The notes beneath the pieces were generated by a model. It worked only from the letters and a program-made list of their open reading frames with translations. It did no database searches and was not told the origin of the DNA. Below are positions 1 through 11,600 of a stretch of 64,000 nt of DNA, piece after piece. Every line of letters begins with the position of its first letter. Position 1 is the stretch's first letter. Source of the DNA: Zygnema circumcarinatum SAG 698-1b (lineage: Eukaryota > Plantae > Zygnematophyceae); NCBI GenBank assembly GCA_037447605.1, contig CM074821.1, forward strand, positions 1 to 64,000. Direction: 5' to 3'. A program made the position numbers and the translations under genes.

Positions 1-846
1 TAAAATTTAAAAATTAAAATTAAAAATTAAAAACCTAAAAACTAAAAATTAAAATTAAAAATTAAAAATTAAAAATTAAAAACCTAAAACCCTAAAATTA
101 AAAATTAAAAATTAAAAATTAAAAATTAAAAACTCAAAAATTTAAAAATCAAAAATTAAAAATTAAAAATTAAAAACCTTTAATCTAAAACCCTAAAAAT
201 CTGAAAAATTAAAAATTAAAAATTAAAAATTAAAAATTAAAAATTAAAAATTAAAAATTAAAAATTTAATAACTTAAAAATTAAAATTAAAAATTAAAAA
301 TTAAAAATTAAAAGTTAAAAATTAAAATTAAAAATTAAAAATTAAAAATTAAAAATTAAAAATTAAAAATTAAAAATTAAAAATTAAAAATTAAAAATTA
401 AAAATTAAAAATTTAAAACTTAAAAATTAAAAATCTAAAAATTAAAATTAAAAATTAAAAATTAAAAATTAAAAACCCTAAAAAACCTAAAAATTAAAAA
501 TTAAAAACTTAAAAATTAAAAATTAAAAATTAAAAATTAAAAATTAAAAATTTAAGAATTAGAAGCATGGAATCTAAAAATTAAAATTAAAATTAAAAAT
601 TAAAAACCTAAAAATTAAAAATTAAAAATTAAAAATCAAAAATTAAAAATTAAAAATTAAAAATTAAAAATTTAAAAATTAAAAATTAAAAATTAAAAAT
701 TAAAAATTAAAAACTTAAAAATCAAAAATTAAAAATTAAAAATTAAAAATTTAAAAATCAAAAACTTAAAAATTAAAAATTTAAAACTAAAACCTTTAAC
801 CTAAAAACCTAAAAATTAAAAACCTAAAAATCAAAAAACCTAAAAT
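1..846 (+). repeat. Telomere-like terminal array, dominant unit TTAAAAA (7 bp) with interspersed CCCTAAA/CCTAAAA/CTAAAAA/TCAAAAA variants
   Basis: Starts at base 1 with a 7-bp period. Exact plant telomere unit CCCTAAA occurs at 90, 191 and 476, with many CCTAAAA variants. C is present and G almost absent on +, as expected for the C-rich strand at a left end. A short unique insert lies near 555-575. Confidence 0.7.
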
Positions 847-1229
847 CCTTATAAAATCTCAAAAAATCATATGGTCCATATCAGTTCAAAATCCTTCATA
901 ACCCACAACGCATGATACGAATACTTCTGGCGAACACGATTTGACAGCCAATATGATGCTCCGAGTTTTCAATACCATCCTTCAAAAGCACAAGCAAACC
1001 TTACTGGTTTGAAAGTAAAAAATCGAAATCTAAAAAAAAAAACACAAAAATTGGATGTCAGTAAAAATATGAACTTCGAACGATCATCTGCTAATGTTAT
1101 ATGCACCTCATGAGGCGTGCGAAAATCTTCCTGATAATCCCGACCTGAGGTTGGTAGGGCCCCAGACTGCAGACAGGCCAAAGCAAAGCCCGCAACGCCC
1201 TTGAAGAGTTGAAGCGCAAGCTTTGTCCA

Positions 1230-4200
1230 CTAGTGGGCGCCCTTCACCCTCCCGCAGCGGTCGCAGGGAGCGGGCTGGGGAGCCGGCCCGCGGCCCGCCG
1301 CCTGCCGGACGAGGCCCGCCATGTCGTGTTCAAGCACCGCCTGCAAGGCGTCGGCTGCATCCTTCAAGTTCTGAGAGCTGCATAACGGGATCAGTTCAAA
1401 ACCAAGTCAGTGTTGAAGTCTCTTCGCTCGACGCTCTCACTGTCTCCCCCATCGTTTGCCTGCTGCAGGCTATTAGTGAGAACGAGACATGCGACAAAGA
1501 CCCCGTTACACTGAAATGGATACAAAATTCATCCAAAAAAACAAGAGGAAAACAGACGAAGGTAGATTCACACCACAACTGTATCTACAACATCCTCTTC
1601 AAAAATAAAAAAAGAGGGTAGCTAATTTGCCAACAACGCTGAGCGATCGACTTCAACACAAGTCAAGTACTTGAGCAGATTCATGAACGCAGACTACTTT
1701 GTTTTACGATACAGGAAAAAAACGTTACTTGAGGTTGGCTCTCACACAGATAAATTCATTGGTTACCTTTCCGGTTATGCTCTAACCTGTCAGGTCTCAA
1801 CTTTAAAACGTCAGGCTCCTTCCAGACCCTCAACCTCCTCAGGCAAAAGCCTACGTCACTTGTGGATAGGGTTGAACTAAAAACAGATTCAGGATTATGA
1901 ACAAAGTGACACATCTGGGGGAACGGACCTTATGGTAAGAGGCGGCGCCAATCGAATGATCGTGTTGTGGGTCGGCTTTGCAAGGATGCCTCGCTCTTTC
2001 AGGCCGAGACAGACGTCATACGCCGTCACTCCACCCTCCAATCCGGTGGGATCCATTTCCACTGCCATGAGCAGGCCGCGCCCTCTCACATGCCGGATGT
2101 AGTTTGGAAACTTTTGCTGAACTCGCAGCAGATGCGAACGGAGCTCTTCCCCGAGCTTGGCCGCCCTGAAGAAGCAGCATAGCCAAGCCACAACCTCCTC
2201 AGCAGGTTCTTGCTCACCGTGCCCAGGGTTGCAGCGTCAGCTGCCCACCTTGAGCTGGCCAATTGACCGAAACAAATTGCCAGAGGAAGAAAACATCAGC
2301 CCAGAGTTTATTGCAAGGAGCGTGTTTCTACGCACCTCTCTGCAAGGCCCTCCTCCGCCACCACTTCAAGAGCTGCTGTGCCAACAGCACAGGCCAGCGG
2401 GTTACCTCCGAACGTGCTGCGACAAACGCAGGCCAGTCAGATATTCATCTTCCAAAAAGGCTGCTCTCCCAGTGACAGATTCCGCCTCCCGCGCCCGCAA
2501 CAGCCTTTCATCGAGACAGCCGGCCAAGGCCGCCTCTCACCTGCCATGCGTGCCGGGGCCAAAGCAGCCCATCACGTCCTCATCGGCCAGCACGGCGCTC
2601 ACGGGCAGCACCCCCGCGCCCAGGGCCTTCCCTAATATCTGCGCACCCATGCCGCTACAGCAGCAGGACAGGGGTCAGGGTTTCAGGATCACTCACATGT
2701 TCACAAGTTACATGCGAGGCCACCCTGACGTGCAGAGCTCCATACGCACCAACCAATGCATGACCAGTAACGAAGATGAGCCAGAAATGGCACGTACTAT
2801 ATGCCTTCTCTAATAGAGCAGGACGAAGAGTCTCGTGAAGAAAGGATGCTACTGTGGTTGTGTTGGCCACTTAGATTGCTAAAAGTGAAGAACAATGCCC
2901 AGATTTTGGGCAATAAACTTTATCATATCTAATGTCCAATGTCAAGTAAAATCCTAATTTCAACAGAAAGAGAAAAACTGATCAAAACGGAGGTCATATA
3001 CTGTATATAATGATGAACAAATCCCGTCCAAGTTTGACATCACATACCACAACGTCAGGTCGCACTCCCTCCCAATCGCAAGCGAGAAGGCGCCCTGTCC
3101 GTGCAATGCCTGTCTGTATCTCATCTGCAATCATCAAGACATTGTGCTCTGAGCATAGCTCGCGCACAGCCTTCAAGTACCCGGCTGGAGGAATGATGAC
3201 CTGCGATGAAGCAATACCACCATTTACAATCAGACATCTAAAGTGTCTGAGTTCTTAAATGTGATGGCATTCCGCTACAAAATGTTAGCCTGATTGTTGG
3301 CGAAAGTATCTCCGAAGGGAAGGTATATACAAGCAGGACAGCACAAGCGCCTTTGTAAAACTGCAGGCAGCTTATCGGATGTAGTTTTGCTTTGCATTGC
3401 TCAAGGACGCAATCAACATTCGCAGGTGTGATTCAGCTGCTGCTCAAAGGACTAACTGCTAACTTTCTGACACTGGAGATTACACGGTGACCATCATTGA
3501 GGAAAAGCGAGCTGCAATCCGCCATAACAGTGCATGTTGCAATGGCGGAGTAACCTCACCCCAGCCTCGCCTTGAATAGGCTCAAACAGAAATGCGGCTA
3601 CGCGAGGTCCGTGATCTGCAGCCCATCAGAAGGTACCCCCCTGTTACCCTGCTGTCATCTTCAGGATGCAAGCTGTTGCTATTGGTTTGGAGGGCGAAAA
3701 ACGGCGACCAAAGTGCTGAACAGAACACTGCAAGGTTTCCGATCTTGAAATGGTAGACGAATTTCCAATGCAATCCAAACTTCTTAACCGCAGATTTGCG
3801 GAAATTTTCCAGCCCAAGCACTATCCCAATGTCCGATCAAAGGTGGCCTTTTTAGCCAACATGGGATTCTACAACAGAAGGCCCAAAAGCGACATTGTGA
3901 AAGTGGCCAATCTGCACAGGCTTGTTTGAGCTTTTCACGTTGGATACTTCCCGGTTGGATGACGTATGTCCACGAGCACAGTTACAAGTCCGAGGCAATA
4001 CGCATACGCATATACTATGAAATGAGATGCAGGGCTGCTTCGTCACCTTGCAGCACCTTCTGGAGCGCTTCAAGATCTCCAAAGTCAACCTTCGCCTGAT
4101 TGGGCAGCAGTGGCCAAAAGCCGCGTGTTGCTTCGTTATCACAGCTCATGGAGATGGCAGCCATTGTGCGGCCATGAAAGCAGCCACAGCAAGATACGAT

Positions 4201-5955
4201 AATTGCCTGCGATTGCATAAAATCCCAAAACTCGGGTGAATACACTCCCTAAGGCTTTGGTCATATCTCTCTACGGTGAAACTACCTCCCGAATGGGATC
4301 TCATTGTCATCAGCCAGTCGCAGCATTCCTGCCCGTCCTACCATCAAGATTGTCGCCAAGTTTCTTCTCGTTGTGAAACTCCTACTAAACCCTTCATGTT
4401 GTTTTTGCTGCCAACTGAAGGTCGCTGACAGATAACCACCTTCTTATGCGACCTATACCACTTTCCTGTTTTTCAAGCTGCTTCCTGGCTAAAGGCAATT
4501 CGCTTTCTTGGGAGATGGGGGGAGAGGGGAAGGAAAAGTGGCAGACGGAGAGGGAGGAGGCTCAGAAAGAGCTGGGCAACATCTGTCGCTCGAGCTAGCC
4601 ATGAGCAAGAAGCCACAGATGAGTAAGATGGACATGGACGAGCATGGGCACAGATAGAACAGGAAAAGTCGGAGCAGACGAGTTCAATAGTTGAAAATTA
4701 TCTCTTGAATAGAAAAACCTTGCCGAATTTGAGCTCAGCTCACCTATCCGAGTCTTTGAGAAAAACTGTTTCTTGCTTTCTTCAAATTGAAAGAGGGTTT
4801 AAACATATCGCGTTTCTGCAAGTGCGCCAAGGCAAGAAGGACAACTGGCTTAAGCGCATACCTCGTCCTTGGAAATGCCCTTCTTTTCATATCCCCACTT
4901 TCTTGCCAATTTGATCGCTGTTTCAACTCCCTCTGCACCGGTGTTCATCGGCAGCATCATGTCGTACCCAAACATCTCCGTCAGCGTCTTTGCAAACACA
5001 GGCAACTTGTCGTTGTAGAAAGCGCGTGAGGTGAGAGCGACCCGCTGCGCTTGGTCTACGAGGGCCTCGATGATCTTGGGATGGCCGTGTCCCTGGCATC
5101 TCCCGCGACACCAAAACGTCCAGTTCAGGAGTGCGGGGCTGCTTGATGCGACTCGACGTCAGATTCAGCTCCAGGCAGGATGGCGAGGTTCATTCAAGCG
5201 GACCATTGCTTGCGTAGAGGGCAAGGGATTTCAAGGAAAAAAAAAAAAAAACAAGTGCCTTCGTGCTAGCTGGCAGCATGCGGTACCATAAAGCGCTACC
5301 TCCCATCGTACACGCAATACAGCAAGAACTCCTTGACCAACGACGCTATCACCTTCTGGTTGAGCGTAAGCTTATACGTCTCATAACTAAAATTCTGAAC
5401 AGAACTGGCAAATTGCCAGGCAGAGAAGCCGACCTGATTGACGGCCGAGTAAGCGCTCAAGAAGTCGAGATAATGACGGCCTTCAGGATCCCACACATTG
5501 ACACCCTTGGCGCGAGCATACACCACCGGCAGCGGATGGTAGCTGCACAACCGCTCCGTCACGCATATCCATTCAGCATGCGCTCGTCAAGCATATTCTT
5601 CAAGAGACGGCTTTTCACTCAGTCTACTAAGGTGGGCGGACCAACCAATGTGAGGATTACCGAAACATTGGTTACGTCTACAGCAGAGTAATACGAAAAA
5701 CGGAAAGAAGAATTTTTGAGAGTCAGAAAAACGATTCATGCTGAGAGAAAGCAGCTCCAGCCGCGGGGGAGGACAGCGAGCGCACTTGTGCGCGCTGTGG
5801 CGCGCCTCGAGCTCCATCAGCTCGGCGCTCGCCAGCGGGCCCGCGTCGCGGCTCTCCGCCGCCGCCGCGCCGCCGTGCACGGCCGACCGGTACGCGCGCC
5901 ACCCCGCCCGCGCCGCGCTCGCCCCCGCCCTCGCCCTCGTCATGGCCATGGCCAT
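1230..5955 (-). CDS. OAT: Ornithine delta-aminotransferase (class III PLP aminotransferase), 10 exons, ~480 aa, probable mitochondrial presequence
   Basis: Phase-consistent GT-AG exons: 5786-5955, 5434-5542, 4862-5092, 4047-4206, 3560-3615, 3048-3200, 2541-2638, 2336-2416, 1929-2165, 1230-1377. Motifs: [76 protein letters not shown] (PLP Lys), [10 protein letters not shown], and the plant-type C-terminal CDRCGR. Confidence 0.96.
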
Positions 5956-6058
5956 GGCCGCCGTTCTGATGAGCGAGGGAGGGAGAGAGGGAGAGAGGGA
6001 GAGAGGGAAGGGAAGGCTTCTGCCGGGCAGAGCAGGGAAGGGACGAGACTGGGCGCTA

Positions 6059-6089
<31 letters not shown>

Positions 6090-6339
6090 GTTGGCGCCCG
6101 TCTACGTCCCTTTGTCCGTCCGTCCCTCACTCGCTCCCTCCCTGGCGGCGCCATCCGCGTGCGCGCCGTTGGAGTCGCTTCGCGTGTTTGTGTTTGTGTT
6201 TGGGTCTCCTGCTGACGTGGCTGCAATCCACAATCCGCTCCGCTGCCAGGTGGCGCGCCGCTGCCACGTCGGCGGGGGCCGGCGCCGAGGCGGGACGGGG
6301 AGGGCGCGGGCGTGGAGGAGCGTCCTGCCGCGTGGCGCC
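5956..6339. promoter_or_regulatory. Putative bidirectional promoter between OAT and CYP28
   Basis: 384 bp GC-rich interval between divergent ATGs; contains (GGCGAG)n and GA-rich simple repeats. Confidence 0.55.
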
Positions 6340-8085
6340 ATGGCTGCGACGGCGGCTCTCTCGTGCGGCCACGCGGCTGCGCGCCTCGCGGGCCTCCCCA
6401 ATGGCGCCTGCCCGCCGGCCCCCGCCCGCCTCGCGTGCAGCCGCCGGCGGGCGGCGCCAGCGTGCCGCGCGCAGGCGCGGGCGGAGGCGGAGGAGGAGGC
6501 AGAGCGGCGGAGCTGGGGGAGGAGAGCGCTGCTGGGCGCTGCGGCGGCCGTGGGGGGGCCCGCGCTCCTGGTAGGGTTGGAGGCGGAGGCGAAGGCGGAG
6601 GAGGCGAGCGAGCCGGTCATCACGGACCGCGTGTTCCTGGACTTCAGCCTCTGCCCCACGGCGGCGCGCCTCGAGCGCACGCTCGGCGACTCGAGCCTCA
6701 TCTGCGAACAGGGGGAGCCCATGGGCCGTGTCGCCATTGGCCTCTATGGAAGACAGGTACCTCGCACGGTCGCCAACTTCAAAGCTATGGTCACGGGAGA
6801 GGCGGGGTCATCCTACAAGGGCACCACCATCCACAAGATTCTGCAGGGGCAGTACATGGTGGCGGGGAGGCAGGGCGCGCTCGACAGGGGGGAGGTAGAG
6901 CCGCCCAAGCACTTGGAGCGCAACACGGAGACTGTGAATGCGACCTCGTTCCTGCTGCGCCACAGCAGGCCCGGGACGGTCTCCCTTTGCCTCGGAGCCA
7001 ACGATGACGATGATGATCGCAAGCTCAGTTCCGACTATCGGAATGTTGAGTTCCTCATAACCACAGGTCTGAACTCTTCGCATTGTTGAATGTGCATCGT
7101 CCGAGTAATGTCCACACTCGCTTTTTTCAAATGATGAATTGCAGGAAGCTGCTTCGAGGTGATCATTTCTTTAGAAAAAAAACTCTGAGCGTTGACTTAT
7201 ATGTGTTTCGTGCATTTCTTAGAATCTTACGGGGCATAAGTTTAATGTTTCAGAAGTTCAACGTTCATGTCAAGGTTCCTCAATGTGTCTTGTTGGACTT
7301 GAAGCCAGCGTATCTGAAGCGTAGCTGAAGCTGTCGAATTGATTTACAGCTTTCTGGAGGCCTGTGCAGAAGGTTGTCTGGATGAGTCTGTGAAGCAGTC
7401 CCTTGCCGCTCATGATAGGGTTTTTAACCTAAAGTCAAATACTAAAACTTTCACTAACCAGCATGTAGTTCCTAAAAGGAAACTAATCATGCAGCTGAAA
7501 GTTTAATTAATTTGTTTGTGAAGCAGTCCCTTTTACGTTTGTGTGGGATTGCTTGCTTTTGTTGCAGGTCCAGGACCCGCTCCACAACTGGATAATGGCA
7601 ATATTGTGTTTGGGAAAGTTTTGGAAGGTACATTCATTCTGCCACTGTCCGTCTGTCCGAGGATGAGGAGAGACATGTTGCTCGGTTGTGTGACAAGAAA
7701 AAAAGTAATATATAAAAAAGCGGTACATTTTTTTGTTGGAAAGGTCCACTCTAGTAAGGAATGCCTCGAGGTTTGATAACCTGACTGGAATAGAGCGGAA
7801 TTCGACAAGAATAGATGCTGTCGTTTGACAGTGTTTGGAGAGGCATGCTTGTTTACTTAGTGTTCAGGCGGAGTGGTTGGGATGGCTGGTTCTCCACGCT
7901 CCTGTTGTTTAGGAATGGACGTGATATCTGCCATCGCATCGGTGCCGACGTACAGACCCAGTGAGCGCATTCGTCAGTTCAACGAGTTCGCGGAATTTCT
8001 GGGTGACGATCGGGCCTCCAAGGGACGAAGTGTTTGGAATCGGCCGCTCAAGTCTGTTGTGATCAGGGATTGCGGCTTACTTTAA
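6340..8085 (+). CDS. CYP28: Thylakoid-lumen cyclophilin-type PPIase, CYP28-like, 3 exons, ~319 aa
   Basis: Exons 6340-7066, 7568-7627, 7913-8085. Motifs ITDRVFLDFSLCPT, GRVAIGLYGRQVP, NDDDDDRKLSSDYRNVEFLITTGPGP-PQLDNGNIVFGKVLEG and IRQFNEFAEFLGD match the plant CYP28 family. The Ala/Arg-rich transit peptide carries a twin-Arg (GRRALL) Tat-type signal. Confidence 0.9.
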
Positions 8086-8633
8086 AAAATGTTCAATCTT
8101 CCGCAGAAGCACCTTTTCATTCCGAGTTACGAGGGTTTTAGGGTGCCTCACTCCTGTACAAACAGGTTTAATAAAGTTGCCTATACAGGAGCTTTATGAA
8201 ATCTTTTTCTTTAGTGTATTTTTCGAATTGTATCTCAGCATAAACCTTTTTCTTCACCAACTTGCGCCCGTGTCCCTATTTGTTCATATTTTCAAAGTCA
8301 GTAGATATGTACATCAGCAGGCCGCTTATCCTGGCTGAAATGTAAGTGTGATCCGCTGAGTCCCTTAAGATGTTGTTATCCTACTCATGTTTCAACATTG
8401 CACTCAATTGAATTCACTGTTCACCACTCGCCACAATTGCGCAATCAACTTGTCATGGAAGCGTTATGGAAAGCAAAGTGCGCTTCCTGAAAAAGTTGTT
8501 TGATGCAGATCATGGCCCGGGCCAGCCTTGGATACGTTGCCTTGCGTGCACAATACCCTGCACGATTGCTGGAACCAATGCGACTGCGATTGCGTGGTGC
8601 CACTAAGCACAGTCGAGAGTTCTGCCCCAAGCT

Positions 8634-11600
8634 TTAGCATCGGACATTCTCTTGTAGCGGCCGTCGAGAAAGGCTCCCTCCCTTCTTGGCTTTTGCCAGT
8701 CGGAGACTGCGTTTATTGAGAGGCGCAGCATTCCTGGACGAGTCGCTCCCACCGCTTGAATCCGAGCCCGCACACGCCGTCGATGATAAAGTGGCCTTTG
8801 ACGACTCCATTTGCTCTCGATGTTTGCCCTCCTCAGACTTCTCTGCTGGCAGGCTTTGTTCACCCAGCGTTGCAGGATGGAGCGTCACTGGCGCTGGCGA
8901 ACCATAGCTGGTCATGTTCCTTGTTACAGAATCATCCACCTCTTTGAAGTTCCTACAGGGATGAAAATGAGCACCCTCCTTCGCATTAATGGTCTGCTTA
9001 TTCTTTACAGGCGTCGCCTCATCTTCCCCTTGATGGCCGCCAAGGTCAGAAAAGTAGCTCTCACAGATTTGCCCGCTCGCCACTGTAGGCTGACGCTCTT
9101 CAGCATGGTCAACCACATGCCTCACACATGTTTGCTGCCTTGTTTTGCCATTTTCTATGGGGTCTTGCCCCCTCACGAATGTACCATGGACATCCTCCCC
9201 TTCAGTTGTTGACTCACTCAAGTCTCGACTTAAGGCTTGTTGCCTTCTTGCTGCAGACTTTCGTTCAAGTCTCGAAGTTGATGCTCTGACTTTCGTAGCC
9301 GTCAATATTGCTTCTTCGGCTGGCTTTCTGCTTTTTGCTGTCCTTCGAAGAGCCGTTCTTTCAGCCATTCCATCGCTCGAATCCCAGACTCGGGATTCCG
9401 TCCCCTGCTTATTCACTCTCCTTGAAGGGTTCGCCTTGGTTGGCTTGGTTAACTTAGCCCTGCCCCTGTTGACTCTTGCCTTGCCATCGCGTGATTCTCC
9501 ACAAGAAGAGTCGTTGTCAGACGGCGTCGAAGATACCGTCGCTGCCACCTGTGAGGTAGGGCTGCTTCCAACCTCCTCGCCGGAGCTGGCTGAGTCCACC
9601 TCTGGTTCGGCCTTGGCCGTGCTCCTGCCAGTAGGCCGCGCATGTGATGGTTCCGGAATCTGCATTCTTCGCGCTACGATAATCGTTCCGTACGCAAAAT
9701 AGACGACAAGCAAATAGCCCGGCATCCCTCAGCAGCCCGTGGTTACCAGAGGATCCAACAACACAATGTGCATAGGAAAGAATACAAAAGCAGGAGTCCT
9801 TCGTCAACAATAGAATCATGCCAGACTTTCTCAGGCCATATCTGGTACACTTGTGTAAGGAGACGCTTTGCATGATATAATGGCTACAGCTGGCAAAAGC
9901 AACCAGACGTACTCAATGCGTTCTATCATATCAGCACCTTTGAACTTGTGATACATTCCGACCAATCCTATTTCCACTCATCCGCTTGCTGTAGGTATGA
10001 TCTTTCTACTTCAAAATCTTGCATCTTCTCTGAATAACCAATTGTCATTCCAAGTTCCTAGAAAAACTCGAAAATGTCAAACCTAGTGCATCCACAAGGA
10101 AATACACCCACGGCGATAGTCATGAACTGACCATTTCTTTCTTGGTCTGACATCTGATTGAGGCTTCCCCCAAAGCATTCTTTTCCAGAAAGAATATATC
10201 AAACGCATAGTCTACTGGAGCAGAGCATTAAGGTAAAGCCAACACACGAACCTATATGGAAGATCTGAAAGTTTAGGCACCGCCTAGTTCTTCTCAAGAG
10301 GGCACGCACCTAGGCTCCAATCACGACCTACCGCAGCATTTCAACCGAGCCTCAGCCGGTGATTATGATCGCCTTTCGAGTTTCACCGATGGCATAAGAA
10401 AAGCGCCAATAGCATACATTCGAATCCGTCGACTAATCCGTCAACTATGAGGAGGTCATTGACCTCTTCAACACAAAACTCATATGTCATTTATGTCCAC
10501 CTTGCCTGAAAAAATCGGCAGTCAGCTACCTACTCACCACGTTCCCTTGCCTCACCTGCTTTTGTACTTTTCGAGGCAGTGTTAGTGTCGCCTGCGGCTT
10601 CAAACGATCTGTCCACTTGCTCCGGCGAGAGGCTTTCAAGTCTTTCTGCAAGATCTAGCAATGCCCATAGATTAGTAAGATCTCGTTATTGCGAATATGG
10701 GATATCCCCTGGAGTGTGTTTAATCACTTGAGAGTTGACTAGAACAGCTAGAACACGAGGAACGAGTGGTCGAGAGAAGGCTATCCACGCCATGGTAACG
10801 AATGCAAAAGGGTCTAAGTGGGCACACGGTCCATTCTTCAAAGCCATCGATCACGTCACATTTTCAACTAATAGCCTAACACTTAGATGGTGATCTACAG
10901 CATTTGCAAGATTGAGCCATCAAGTTTGGGTATGTTTTCTTAAGGGCTTACCGATCAAAGAATGAATTTGTCCTTCGGAAAGAGGATTCATTGGCGACGA
11001 GTCGAGTGACTTTATCTGTGCAGTTAGCAACCTGAGATCTTTCAGAATGGAGACTTCTCTAGCCATAGCTGCCTCGATCCTGCCATAACCATTGCCAAGA
11101 AGAAACAATCGCTGATGTGCTGTTAGCTTGACAGATTTGGTACTCGAGAAGCTTCAATATGCTTTTATCAGACGACAACGTTGACACAAACCAACAGGCT
11201 AACTGAAAGGTATTGTGACAAAGATCCACACTTGAGAGGAATTCCACTAGCATTCCATTGATGGTGGAATGGGACGTGCTAGCAAGTGCTCACAAGATTC
11301 CGGTAGAGTTAACGCGTGCAGTGCAGGTCACTCACAGCACAGATTCACAGAAATTATAGAAAAAGCATCAAAATCTATACTGCATTACGACATTCCATGC
11401 ACTCTAGAAGTGTGCCATACACAATGGAGAGCTTACTGCGGAAGCAGGTATAGCAGGCTTTTCACGCCGTGCTGCGTGAGCTGCGGCAGCTGGAGGCTCG
11501 CCAGCGCGCGACACGTCAGCAGCCTGTACCCCCTCGCGGCCGCAGACCGTTGGCTTCGCCAGCGGAGCACCTGCACGCGCCAAGAGAAGGGCTAATGACG

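Noticed and set aside
5716-6339. Upstream part of the 457-aa ORF
   Set aside because: Antisense to OAT exon 1 and the promoter; CYP28 plausibly starts at ATG 6340.
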